IMG/VR virus record: IMGVR_UViG_3300029634_000047
Span: 1-64,000 of that record
Reading direction: 5' to 3' (one strand)
Origin: a virus
Length of the DNA: 64,000 bases
Part shown: in pieces, positions 29,750-39,734 of the stretch
Layout of the letters: every line of letters starts with the position of its first letter
Position numbering within the stretch: position 1 is the stretch's first letter
Program-made: the position numbers and the translations under genes
Notes under the pieces: model-generated
Seen by the model: the letters and a program-made list of their open reading frames with translations, nothing else
Databases searched by the model: none
What the model was told of the DNA's origin: nothing

Positions 29750-30667
29750 TGAATATCGGAATTTTAGCCGTTGACAGCAATTTCCCCAATTTAGCACTTA
29801 TGAAAATCAGTGCTTACCATAAAGCAAGAGGCGATCAAGTGGAATGGTATAATCCCCTATGTGAATACGACAAAGTATATACAGCTAAAGTATTCACTTT
29901 CACACCTGACTATAACTATTATATCAATGCCAACCAAATAGAAAAAGGTGGTACCGGATATGATATTGAAAAAGTTCTTCCAGTTGAGGTTGATCGTCTT
30001 CAACCTGATTATTCTATCTACAATATTGACTCCAATTTGTCCTATGGGTTTCTGACACGTGGTTGTCCCAATCGGTGTAAGTGGTGTGTTGTTCCTAAAA
30101 AAGAAGGGAAAAATCTCACCTTATATGGATATTGAGGAAATAACAGCTGGACGGAAGAAAGCTATCCTTATGGATAATAATATACTGGCCTCAAACTATG
30201 GCTTGCAGCAAATAGAAAAAATCATCAAACTGGGTGTCAAAGTGGATTTTAATCAAGGACTGGATGCCCGCTTAATCACGGATGAAATTGCCCGACTACT
30301 TGCAAAAGTAAAATGGATTAAACGTATTCGCTTTGGATGCGATACGCCGGGACAAATTGCAGAAGTTGAACGTGCTTCCGCTTTGATAGACAAGTATGGA
30401 TATAAAGGGGAATATTTCTTGTATTGCATCCTTATGGACTTTAAAGAATCGTTTGCGCGTGTCAACTACTGGAAATCTAAAAGCCGCCGTTTTCTCCCAC
30501 ACTGTCAACCCTTTCGTGATCTGAACAATCCACACCAAATTATTCCACAGTGGCAGAAAGACATGGCACATTGGGCTGATAGGAAGGAAATATACATGAG
30601 TTGCGACTTCAAAGACTTTTCACCAAGAAAAGGATTTTTATGCAAGGAATACTTTAAAATATTGTGA
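29749..30667 (+). CDS. radical SAM protein with B12-binding-like N-terminal domain, split near 30095-30110 (A5/A6 runs)
   Basis: GCPNRCKWC (CX3CX2C); track ORFs 29749-30135 and 30059-30667 overlap in the +1 frame. Confidence 0.4.
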
Positions 30668-30668
30668 G

Positions 30669-30905
30669 ATGAAATTAAACAAAAAGACAGAGCGACTTAT
30701 TAAACGTAAAGCCGCTGAACTTAAAAAATTATACGAAACTCCTAATCCCGAAGTAGATAAAATTATTTCTGAATTGAGAGCAGAAGCAACGAAACGTCCA
30801 CAGAACATGAGTAAGGAAGAAGAGATTGCTTATATTCTGAAAAAGGCTGATGAAAATTGCGATCATATAGAAATTCGTAAAATCCTAAATGAAAGTAATA
30901 CATGA
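30669..30905 (+). CDS. hypothetical protein
   Basis: ORF. Confidence 0.3.
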   Translation: MKLNKKTERLIKRKAAELKKLYETPNPEVDKIISELRAEATKRPQNMSKEEEIAYILKKADENCDHIEIRKILNESNT

Positions 30906-31393
30906 ATACATCTTTTGAACGATCTGCAAACGCTTCCGATGAATGGTACACACCACGAGAAATCATTGAAGCATTAGGCGAATTTGACCTTGATCCATGT
31001 GCTCCCATGCACCCTCTTTGGCCTACTGCAAAAATCATGTACAACAAGCAGGACAATGGTCTTATACAAAATTGGGGGGGGCGAATTTGGCTTAACCCTC
31101 CGTACTCCAAACCGCTTATATGGCAGTTTGTAGAAAAATTGGCAGAACACGGCAACGGTATAGCACTACTTTTTAACCGGTGTGACAGCAATAAGTTTCA
31201 AGACATCATCTTCACGAAAGCAACCGGTATGATGTTTTTGAGGAATCGAATAAAATTCTTCCGTCCCGATGGAACACGTGGGGACAGCCCCGGTTGTGGA
31301 AGTGTTCTTATTGCATTTGGCCGGGAAAATGCCGAAATTTTAAGGAATTGCTCTTTACAAGGCAAATATGTTGAACTTAACAATGATAAATGA
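30902..31393 (+). CDS. phage Dam-type DNA N6-adenine methyltransferase
   Basis: SDEWYTPREIIEALGEFDLDPCA and WLNPPYS (NPPY) motifs; in-frame G8 at 31074-31081. Confidence 0.7.
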   Translation: MNTSFERSANASDEWYTPREIIEALGEFDLDPCAPMHPLWPTAKIMYNKQDNGLIQNWGGRIWLNPPYSKPLIWQFVEKLAEHGNGIALLFNRCDSNKFQDIIFTKATGMMFLRNRIKFFRPDGTRGDSPGCGSVLIAFGRENAEILRNCSLQGKYVELNNDK

Positions 31394-31668
31394 TGAAAAT
31401 CTTATATTTACTCATGCTCATTGCCGGTCTTTTATGGATCGGTGATTTCTCCATCACCTTAAAGCCCTTTTCTGTATCTTTACCATGCTGGTATAAAACC
31501 GTTGGCATACTTCTATTTTGGCTGTCAATGACTATATATGTTTTAGGCGAGCATACTAAAGGCTATAAGGAAGGATTTGATACTGGAGTTAAAAAGTGCA
31601 TTGAGATACTTGATAGAAATTGCCACTCTAAAGAAATAAATAATGATGAAACGGTACAGAATCAATAA
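31390..31668 (+). CDS. small membrane protein
   Basis: Two hydrophobic helices. Confidence 0.3.
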   Translation: MMKILYLLMLIAGLLWIGDFSITLKPFSVSLPCWYKTVGILLFWLSMTIYVLGEHTKGYKEGFDTGVKKCIEILDRNCHSKEINNDETVQNQ

Positions 31669-31852
31669 GACTACTACATTCGTAGAAGATAATCACAGCG
31701 GAAATAAAGAGAAATACCTCATTCCTGATTACAAAGTGCAAGTCAAATTTGCGTGGATTTGGATAACAGTTAAGTCCTTCCATGATGAAGATGAAGAATA
31801 CGCAAAAAATTGTGCGAATGAACTTCTTGAAAAACTTAACGAAAAGATTTGA
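31643..31852 (+). CDS. hypothetical protein
   Basis: ORF. Confidence 0.25.
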   Translation: MMKRYRINKTTTFVEDNHSGNKEKYLIPDYKVQVKFAWIWITVKSFHDEDEEYAKNCANELLEKLNEKI

Positions 31853-33120
31853 TTATGATTGAATTACAAGGAAAATTCGGCAAAGATTGTAAAATATTTG
31901 CCAATACAATAGAAAATGAAGCTATCGGAACGATACAAAACATTTTGAATAATCCGGTTACGACTGGTGTTCCAGTTCGTGTTATGCCTGATACCCATCA
32001 AGGAGTAGATATAGTGATTGGATTCACTATGCCGGTTACAGATCGTGTCAATCCCAATCATATCGGAGTGGATATTGGTTGTGGAATGTTATGTGTAGAA
32101 ATTGAAAACGCAATAACAAAAGATTCTTTTCCGGACATTAATCATGCAATCCGTTCCACCATACCTATGGGATTTGAGATTAACCAACAATCCTTATCCC
32201 AACAAGAAAGGGAGAATTTGTTTACCTTCTTATCTATCAGAATGGAACAGTTCTGCTCTAAATTCCAACTGGCAAAACCGGTTATTAGTGAGGAATATGT
32301 ATCACAACTTTGTAAGAAGGTGGGAATAAATGAAACTACATTCTACAACTCTTTAGGTACATTGGGAGGTGGGAATCACTTTATAGAACTGGGGCGTGCT
32401 GAGTCAACCAATAATATATTTCTTACAATACATACCGGATCGCGGAACTTTGGTGTGAAGGTTTGCAAATACCATGCCGAAATAGCCAAATTTGACAAAA
32501 AAGCTTTTTCTAATGAAATTCAACGCTTGAAATCCACTGTTGAACCACAATCCATGCAAGCTGAAATACAACGTTTGAAGGAAAAATTTGCCGGGTATTC
32601 CGGGTATCTCACAAATGAAGCAATGCTTCACTATTTATGTGACATGGTGATTGCACAAGGATATGCCGCTTTCAACCGCAAGTTGATTATACAACGTATA
32701 ATCAAAGCTTTGGGCTGGAACACTGCAATATCCGTTGAGACAGTCCATAACTATATCAGCTTTGATGATATGATAATCCGTAAAGGGGCTATTGCTGCAT
32801 ACGCCAATGATTATGTTGTGATTCCTATGAATATGGCAGACGGTATTCTTCTTTGTCGTGGTAAGGGAAACAAAGATTGGAATTATTCTGCACCACACGG
32901 TGCCGGACGCTTATATTCCCGTTCCGAAGCTAAAGAAAGATTATCAATGGATGTATTCAAAGCCCAAATGAGCAATGTGTATTCTACTTCCGTATGTGAA
33001 GGGACATTGGATGAAAGTCCTATGGCATACAAAAATGTTCAGGAGATAAAAGAACTTATAGAACCTACGGTAGAAATTGTTGATACAATTGTGCCCCTAA
33101 TCAATATCAAAGCTGTATGA
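31849..33120 (+). CDS. rtcB: RtcB-family RNA ligase
   Basis: VMPDTHQG, GGGNHFIELG, HTGSRNFG, HNYISFDD, SAPHGAGR motifs. Confidence 0.8.
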   Translation: MIMIELQGKFGKDCKIFANTIENEAIGTIQNILNNPVTTGVPVRVMPDTHQGVDIVIGFTMPVTDRVNPNHIGVDIGCGMLCVEIENAITKDSFPDINHAIRSTIPMGFEINQQSLSQQERENLFTFLSIRMEQFCSKFQLAKPVISEEYVSQLCKKVGINETTFYNSLGTLGGGNHFIELGRAESTNNIFLTIHTGSRNFGVKVCKYHAEIAKFDKKAFSNEIQRLKSTVEPQSMQAEIQRLKEKFAGYSGYLTNEAMLHYLCDMVIAQGYAAFNRKLIIQRIIKALGWNTAISVETVHNYISFDDMIIRKGAIAAYANDYVVIPMNMADGILLCRGKGNKDWNYSAPHGAGRLYSRSEAKERLSMDVFKAQMSNVYSTSVCEGTLDESPMAYKNVQEIKELIEPTVEIVDTIVPLINIKAV

Positions 33121-33524
33121 TAGAAAAGACAGACTTCCCTTATACTCTTGGCGGCTATGTCGAACAGCAAAATTATAAAGGTTTCGACATAGCCGTTTCC
33201 ATTCGCAGATACAAAGGAATATCAGCTTATGTCATTTCCTCGGAGAAAAGGCTGATCCGTGAAGAATCTGCCACCTTTGCCGACAAAGAAGACATGTTCC
33301 GTTGGGGACGAGAAGCGGTTGACCGGTATTTGGAACAGCAAGAACGTAGAAAAGAAGAGAATGCAGTCAAACGGGCAGACTATTATAAGAAGAAAGCTCG
33401 TGTGGCAGCATTGAAAGCCTTTAATGCCGCTATGTATTTCTCTGATATAAAGGACGGACTTTATGATAAGGCAAAAGGATTTTTTGAATATGAACTGGAT
33501 AAGGAACATGCAAAGATCAGATGA
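33117..33524 (+). CDS. hypothetical protein
   Basis: ORF. Confidence 0.3.
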   Translation: MIEKTDFPYTLGGYVEQQNYKGFDIAVSIRRYKGISAYVISSEKRLIREESATFADKEDMFRWGREAVDRYLEQQERRKEENAVKRADYYKKKARVAALKAFNAAMYFSDIKDGLYDKAKGFFEYELDKEHAKIR

Positions 33525-34036
33525 AAACACTTGATATTATACAAGGCTTTTGCGATCATGTTTTTCGTGATAAAAAAGGAAACCGCATCTTTCCCAATAT
33601 TTTTGTCGGGAAATGGGAAGCTGACTTATTGGAAGTTACCCGGTCACGCCTGACTTATGAATATGAAGTAAAAGTAAGCAGATGTGATTTCCATAAAGAC
33701 AAAAAGAAAAGTGATAAATATGGCAAGAACAAGTTTGATGTTGTCACTTCCGGCCAACGTACCAATTATTTTTATTATATAGTACCGAAAGGTTTGATAA
33801 AGCCCGATGAAGTCCCTGATTTCTCCGGGCTTATTTATGCTTATGAAGGATCAGTGCAATGTTATTCTCTTGAAAAGGGAAGATATGCAGTAAAGAGAAT
33901 TTTCTTTGAAGTAGCCAAACCTGCCCAAAAAGTTTCTGACATAAAAGCGGATGATAACTTCATTCGTAAACTCGACTTATCCATGTACTATCGCTATCAC
34001 CAAATGAGAAGAGACAATTACAAAAACAAGGAATAA
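33521..34036 (+). CDS. hypothetical protein
   Basis: ORF. Confidence 0.3.
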   Translation: MKTLDIIQGFCDHVFRDKKGNRIFPNIFVGKWEADLLEVTRSRLTYEYEVKVSRCDFHKDKKKSDKYGKNKFDVVTSGQRTNYFYYIVPKGLIKPDEVPDFSGLIYAYEGSVQCYSLEKGRYAVKRIFFEVAKPAQKVSDIKADDNFIRKLDLSMYYRYHQMRRDNYKNKE

Positions 34037-34037
34037 T

Positions 34038-34439
34038 ATGGAATTAAGATTAGACCCTGAAATACCGGTCACACGGGTTGTCAACGGACATAATGTTTTC
34101 AATAAAGGCTACCACCATGGATTACGAGGAAAAACCTATGAAGAATACTATGGCAAAGAGAGAGCTGTTGAAATAAGAAAAAGACACAGCGAGGCTTTGA
34201 AAGGACATAGATATTGGTCTAATGGAAAAGCCCATGCTTTTGCGTGTATTGCAATCACTCCCGAAGGCAAATGGTGTAGATTCGATTCAATAACCCAAGC
34301 TGCCCAAAAGTTAAATCTGAATTATGCCACAGTTCGCCGGTATATAAAACGAAAAATCAAGCCCCAAAATGGCTGGCAATGGTTTTTGGAGAAAGATAAT
34401 AACTGGATAAAACATATTGATGATGGAAAAGCTGAATGA
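34038..34439 (+). CDS. hypothetical protein with NUMOD-like DNA-binding tail (ITQAAQKLNLNYATVRRYIK)
   Basis: Weak motif only. Confidence 0.25.
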   Translation: MELRLDPEIPVTRVVNGHNVFNKGYHHGLRGKTYEEYYGKERAVEIRKRHSEALKGHRYWSNGKAHAFACIAITPEGKWCRFDSITQAAQKLNLNYATVRRYIKRKIKPQNGWQWFLEKDNNWIKHIDDGKAE

Positions 34440-34716
34440 AATCGCACAAAAAGCTTATGAATGTGCTGTAAGACGTGGAAAGATTGATCCCGACAATGAT
34501 AGCAACAACAATCTTCACCGCGATCTGCTTGAAGAAGTTGCCGAAGTCTTTGAATGTACAGGTGAGAAATCTCCACATATTAAAGAGTATTTAGATGTAG
34601 AAGAAGAACTGGCAGATGTAATCATTGTTGCCCTAAGCACATTACACCATTTCAAATGTGACATTGATTCACTCATTGAAGCCAAAATGAATTATAATAA
34701 AAATAGAATGGATTGA
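34420..34716 (+). CDS. MazG-like nucleotide pyrophosphohydrolase
   Basis: EEVAEVFE...EEELADVIIVALSTL MazG-type motifs. Confidence 0.5.
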   Translation: MMEKLNEIAQKAYECAVRRGKIDPDNDSNNNLHRDLLEEVAEVFECTGEKSPHIKEYLDVEEELADVIIVALSTLHHFKCDIDSLIEAKMNYNKNRMD

Positions 34717-34806
34717 TATGGGAACCGGACAATTAATAAAATTGATTGTTGAGGCGTTTGTGCTTATCTTTGCACTACCATGTGTCTATAAAGATTTCAT
34801 GAACTT

Positions 34807-35346
34807 ATGGAAAGAAAAATAAGTGATATAAAAGACAAAAAGTTGAAAGCTGAAAATATCACATTGGCAGCAATATATAACATATTGTTCACCAATGATA
34901 TAGTTTGCTCCTTAATTGTAGAAATGTTAAGTGCATTACGCAAATCAGGGCTTTGTCGTTTCCGCGTAAAGCAGCAAGGAAATAAACTGGAACAGTTGAT
35001 GCTTCAATATGAAAAGAAAATCAATAAAATAGCCGGAAACCGGGCTTTTTTCATGGCTGATGCCAACCAATATGTTGCAGATGAAATACAACCTGATTTG
35101 CTTAAAATGGAATACTCCATTAAAATGGAGTTTGATAAATGCCGAATTGAGAACAGTGCCTTACTTGCCAAAGTAGAACTTACAAGATGTATGGCAGAGC
35201 TTGCTTGCCTATCCCTTGACAAACGGATAGAAGAAGTCCGTCCATATAATAAAGAAGTAACCGGAATAACATATCTCCGGCTCACTGACGCATTTAAAGT
35301 ACTGGATGAACTTTCTGATATTTTATATAAGGGGGGGGTACTGTGA
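34807..35346 (+). CDS. hypothetical protein ending right after a G8 tract (35331-35338)
   Basis: Removing one G would extend the ORF ~45 codons. Confidence 0.3.
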   Translation: MERKISDIKDKKLKAENITLAAIYNILFTNDIVCSLIVEMLSALRKSGLCRFRVKQQGNKLEQLMLQYEKKINKIAGNRAFFMADANQYVADEIQPDLLKMEYSIKMEFDKCRIENSALLAKVELTRCMAELACLSLDKRIEEVRPYNKEVTGITYLRLTDAFKVLDELSDILYKGGVL

Positions 35347-35658
35347 CCTCAATCAAAGCGATAATTGCAAAAGGGGTATGGCTATCATACAACGAAAACT
35401 TACTGATTGTGATATTATCAGCCGCGCAATTAATGAGTCAGACAAGTTAAATCCTGCTGATAAAGACGGATAAAAATGGCAAAATATCGTATAGGAATAT
35501 CCGAAAGTTTATTGGGAGATTCTCGCTATTAATGTCAGATCAAAAGGTTTGGCATTTGGTGAAATGATGAAAGTTTCGGTACCAAAGAACGAATTTTAGA
35601 TTATGCTTGTAAACTTAAAAAAACGGACATATAGTGTTTAACTATTTATAAACTGATT

Positions 35659-36060
35659 ATGAAATTAGAAGGAAGAATCATCGTGGCACAACCGATACAA
35701 TCGGGTGTATCAAAGAATGGCAATAACTGGCAGAGACAAGACTTTGTTTTGGAAATTCCCGGCCAATACCCTAAGAAAGTTGCCTTTTCAGTAATGAATA
35801 GCAATATTCAGAATTTTGGATTAGCAGTCGGGCAAGACGTTGATATTGAAATAGATATTAATGCGAATGAATGGCAAGGAAAATGGTTTAACTCCATTAC
35901 TTGCTGGAAAGCAACACTCCGTAATCCAGGACAGCCTACCGCAGCGCAACAGCCCCAAACTTATTATCAGGGGGCATCATCCACCGCGGCACCCGTACAA
36001 ACTGCCATACCTCAACCGCCAGTGGATTTTGGGGAACAAAAAGACGATTTGCCTTTCTAA
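35659..36060 (+). CDS. DUF3127-domain protein
   Basis: Pattern typical of Bacteroidetes DUF3127 proteins, Q/P-rich tail. Confidence 0.4.
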   Translation: MKLEGRIIVAQPIQSGVSKNGNNWQRQDFVLEIPGQYPKKVAFSVMNSNIQNFGLAVGQDVDIEIDINANEWQGKWFNSITCWKATLRNPGQPTAAQQPQTYYQGASSTAAPVQTAIPQPPVDFGEQKDDLPF

Positions 36061-36070
36061 AGAAAAAGGA

Positions 36071-36094
36071 GAAGGGAGCATTTCGGCTCCCTTC
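36071..36094. terminator. bidirectional hairpin gaagggagc-atttcg-gctcccttc between convergent early and late arms
   Basis: 9-bp perfect stem exactly between 36060 (+ stop) and 36102 (- stop). Confidence 0.55.
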
Positions 36095-36101
36095 TTATTA
36101 A

Positions 36102-36665
36102 TTAATGTTCCACCTTTACAATTTCATTATAAACGATTTTGCTTCGTGGGTTATGATTGACTATCGTTTGTTTATACCCCTTTGTCCCCCATCTCCACCA
36201 TAGGAACCTGTGTTTATATATCCGGCTTATCGCACTTGAAAGACTGTCTCTCACTTCATAAGTAAATGTGCTGTCAGGAATATTTGCATAAAAATCCACC
36301 CATTTATCTGAATAATTGAAACAGCTGTCTTTCAGAACAAATACAATACTGTCTTTAGTGACAACTTTTGTGGTTGTGATATATTCGACTTCTTTTGGAC
36401 GCAGATTCAATTCTTTTATTAGTTTTGCATCCGCACTCCGCAGCTCTTTCAATTCTTCTATGTTAAGCCGTAAAACATGGTTTTCAACCACATTTAGACT
36501 ATCCCTAATCTTATATTCTTCAAGCCCAGTACAGAGACTTTTCATATTATCTGAAAGTCGGGCACTTTCCTTCTTCTCTTCCTGCCACAACCGGTACATC
36601 AAAAAGGTTGCCGCAAGGAGTAACACAAAGATTACTCCTATACCTATCTTCAATCTCATAATCAA
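36102..36665 (-). CDS. membrane-anchored coiled-coil protein (spanin-like)
   Basis: N-terminal TM, position next to endolysin/holin. Confidence 0.3.
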   Translation of the reverse strand: MIMRLKIGIGVIFVLLLAATFLMYRLWQEEKKESARLSDNMKSLCTGLEEYKIRDSLNVVENHVLRLNIEELKELRSADAKLIKELNLRPKEVEYITTTKVVTKDSIVFVLKDSCFNYSDKWVDFYANIPDSTFTYEVRDSLSSAISRIYKHRFLWWRWGTKGYKQTIVNHNPRSKIVYNEIVKVEH

Positions 36666-37369
36666 TCTGTATATACATTTTTACCAACTTCCGCAATAAC
36701 TACCCATGCACCATTACAGAAACCATATATCTTACCGTCATTCTCCGGCATTTCAGGTATTGTATTAAGTTTTGTTTCATTGGCAGTGGCTTTGCTAAGA
36801 GCTGTTTGAGCTGTACTTTTTGCAGCATCAGCCGTTGTTTGTGCGGTCACGGCCTTTCCATCAGTAACAGCCAACATTCCAGTCAGAGTTTTTTCATTGG
36901 TTACTCCTGCAAGGAAGGTTTCAATTTCATTGAAGGTGTCAATGGCCGTAGTCGCATCAACAGTACCAACCAATTCATCCAAAGCGGTCTTCACCGCATT
37001 TATGGACTGTTCCAGTTGGGACTCTGCCAGTTGAGCACGTCCGCTTTCGGCTAAAATATCCGATTTGCTCGCACTGCTGCTACCATCAGAACTTTCCAAA
37101 AATGAAGATGAAATAGGAAGTTCATTACATCCTACCATAACATATTGTCCGGCTATCAACCCGTCGACATTCATATCACAGAACTCTCCAACCCCAAGTG
37201 CTGTTTTGTAAGGTACATAATCCTTTCCATTAGAACTTTTGTACACAACAACTCTGTTGTTTGCTGCATCTCCAAAATTGATGCTAATAGCAAATTTCCC
37301 AGTAGATAACTGTATAGGTTGGCTTTCGTACCAATCCTCTTCTTTAAGAGTAAAATTCAAGTTTGCCAT
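36662..37369 (-). CDS. hypothetical structural protein
   Basis: ORF. Confidence 0.3.
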   Translation of the reverse strand: MANLNFTLKEEDWYESQPIQLSTGKFAISINFGDAANNRVVVYKSSNGKDYVPYKTALGVGEFCDMNVDGLIAGQYVMVGCNELPISSSFLESSDGSSSASKSDILAESGRAQLAESQLEQSINAVKTALDELVGTVDATTAIDTFNEIETFLAGVTNEKTLTGMLAVTDGKAVTAQTTADAAKSTAQTALSKATANETKLNTIPEMPENDGKIYGFCNGAWVVIAEVGKNVYTD

Positions 37370-37397
37370 ATCTTCTATGTGTTTATATGTTTGTTTC

Positions 37398-37844
37398 CTA
37401 TATCAACTCCCAACCTTTCCTTACCTCATCCATGTTTGCAGGAACACCATTCTCAACATAACTCATTGCAGCCACCACCGCAATAAGTTGTTCCCGGTTG
37501 TTTCTGTTCAGAATTGTATGACGAGATATGCCTGAACGCTTTTCGACTGTGGCAATATACACTTCAGTATTGTTCTCACATGGCGGTGCCCATCGCATAA
37601 TAACATCTTCAAGTTCATTGGCCGTGCCGTCTTTGTCAGTATCATACTTATTAAGAATATAAGTTTGAAGAGTTTTAAAAGCAGCACGATAACCGTATGC
37701 CATAGTTTTAAACTGAAAGAAACTTTTATCTGTCTGTGTTGCAGACAACCCCTGCCATTTCGTATTATTTCTCCGTATATTTAACGGATTATTATTCCGT
37801 AGTCCCCGTGTCATTTTTATCCTCCTTTTCTTTTTGTGTTTCAA
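37398..37844 (-). CDS. putative endolysin/cell-wall hydrolase
   Basis: NNNPLNIR...GYRA motif region; adjacent to and overlapping the holin-like gene. Confidence 0.35.
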   Translation of the reverse strand: MKHKKKRRIKMTRGLRNNNPLNIRRNNTKWQGLSATQTDKSFFQFKTMAYGYRAAFKTLQTYILNKYDTDKDGTANELEDVIMRWAPPCENNTEVYIATVEKRSGISRHTILNRNNREQLIAVVAAMSYVENGVPANMDEVRKGWELI

Positions 37845-38259
37845 ATAATATTTGTGCGGCCAGTCGTGCTATATCATCCTTATTTTCAATGATTATACTC
37901 ATAGTCTTTTCCGCTTTCCGAAGCTCGGCCTTTTCCCATGATTTCTCACGTACTGATTTAAACTCGCAGAAGACACAATAAGCAGCCCATAACATAGCAA
38001 ATACCGGAAATGGAATGATAATACAACAAATAAGATCAATCATAACCAGTGTAAGAAACGGATTAAAATACTTCTTTGCTTTTGTCGCTGTCATTTTATA
38101 CTTTTTCGAGGTACGAAGTTCTCCGCGCTGCTTTGCCTTCTGAATCCCCGAAATAAAATCTATCCCCATTGCAATGATGATAGCTGTCATACTCACTGCT
38201 ATCAAAACCAAATGTAAAAACAAATGGTCGTGAATGAATGCTTCGATAATGTCGTTCAT
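37792..38259 (-). CDS. holin-like membrane protein
   Basis: Three hydrophobic helices, charged C-terminus. Confidence 0.4.
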   Translation of the reverse strand: MNDIIEAFIHDHLFLHLVLIAVSMTAIIIAMGIDFISGIQKAKQRGELRTSKKYKMTATKAKKYFNPFLTLVMIDLICCIIIPFPVFAMLWAAYCVFCEFKSVREKSWEKAELRKAEKTMSIIIENKDDIARLAAQILFETQKEKEDKNDTGTTE

Positions 38260-38286
38260 ATTCTTTTCGTGTTTGCGTTTATTATA

Positions 38287-38562
38287 TTATCCCAATAGCA
38301 ATTTGTTGATAGCATCAATAAAGGCCGGGGAACACAAACTTGCATATTCCCGAATCATATTACACTCTTCATCGCTATACTCAATCTCTCCATTGGAGTT
38401 GAATATTTTAAATGCGAGTGCATGAGCCTCTATTCCTCTACCAAGTTGATAAATGATATTTGCAAAATCCTTTTTGTAGTTCTCAACGGAGCATCTTGTC
38501 TTATCAATATCAACAAAAACCTCAATTCTTTCAAAATTTATCCTTTTCATAATCACCTCCAA
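38287..38562 (-). CDS. hypothetical protein
   Basis: ORF. Confidence 0.3.
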   Translation of the reverse strand: MEVIMKRINFERIEVFVDIDKTRCSVENYKKDFANIIYQLGRGIEAHALAFKIFNSNGEIEYSDEECNMIREYASLCSPAFIDAINKLLLG

Positions 38563-39728
38563 TCATTGTCGTTTGAAGCACCAAACATCAGACCTCTTCC
38601 CAACCAGTCAGAGTTCGGTGACGGATACATAAAATCTGCCAATTGCATACAATGGTGCATAGAACCGCCATTCAACGTTTGCTTTGTTCCATTCGCATAT
38701 ACCTGAACATTATTATAATTGTCATTTGCATTAACCAAGAATATCCTTTGGGTAACGGCAAGACTCAAAAGATAACGGTAGGTCGCGCTTGACGTTATTC
38801 TGAATATGACCGTATCGACTGGAAAGCCCGATGTCTCGCCGTTATAATCGTATCTTGGCGAATAGCAAGGAACTATATAATAAGTTTCATTATTTGAAGA
38901 AGTCCCGGAAGTCAAAGGAATATAAGTACCGGCTTTATCAGCCCCTTTTGTGTACACATAGGCATAGGAGCCATAAACTACCATAATGCTTCTTTCTCTT
39001 GCGCCAAACACACCTCTACACCATAAGTCAGAAGTGTAGAAGCGTAATGATCGGCTGTCTTTAGTTCCTTGATGATACATATCACCATCAAACCACATCC
39101 TTCCATCACTTCCAAAACTGATTCCCCCAACCGCATTACCAGCATCATTTACGCAATTCAGTCTTGTAAAAGAGCCTGACACACCTTTCAATGTACCTTC
39201 AAAAGTGCTGTCACCTGAAATGACCGCACCAGTAGCATAAAGTTTCCCTGCTATACTTACTTTATATGGTGCATCAGTCGGTGTTGTAGCTCCAATCCAT
39301 AGCGGATAGTCGCCACCAACAAGCCCTGCCGCAACCGTTGTGTTGTCAGATTTCATAATCAAAAGCTGATTACCCTGCATGAACCGTAGAATAGCATTTT
39401 GAGCCATGATAAGCGGAGTGTACACTGGCACCAAAGAATTAAACTTCTGCCAATAAGTTGTATTTGTCACCGGAATGGAATCACTGGACGTATGAGTTTT
39501 CAGACATTTATACGCGTTAAACGTATTGGCACCGGTAGTCACAATAGCAATATCCAAGTACCGGGTACCGGAAGTCAAAGCCTCGTCATTGCGATACTCT
39601 ATGCCTTTAGCCCATTCGGATTGCCGGAGAATACAGCCCTGCAGCCCGTTTTTCCCCGGTTCCCCATTAGTACCGTCAATTCCATTTTGGGCCTTTCTTC
39701 GTATTAATATATGCCCTTGTGCCTCCAT
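38553..39728 (-). CDS. tail fiber protein with collagen-like Gly-X-Y repeats
   Basis: NGIDGTNGEPGKNGLQG at N-terminus. Confidence 0.5.
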   Translation of the reverse strand: MEAQGHILIRRKAQNGIDGTNGEPGKNGLQGCILRQSEWAKGIEYRNDEALTSGTRYLDIAIVTTGANTFNAYKCLKTHTSSDSIPVTNTTYWQKFNSLVPVYTPLIMAQNAILRFMQGNQLLIMKSDNTTVAAGLVGGDYPLWIGATTPTDAPYKVSIAGKLYATGAVISGDSTFEGTLKGVSGSFTRLNCVNDAGNAVGGISFGSDGRMWFDGDMYHQGTKDSRSLRFYTSDLWCRGVFGARERSIMVVYGSYAYVYTKGADKAGTYIPLTSGTSSNNETYYIVPCYSPRYDYNGETSGFPVDTVIFRITSSATYRYLLSLAVTQRIFLVNANDNYNNVQVYANGTKQTLNGGSMHHCMQLADFMYPSPNSDWLGRGLMFGASNDNDWR

Positions 39729-39734
39729 ACCGGA

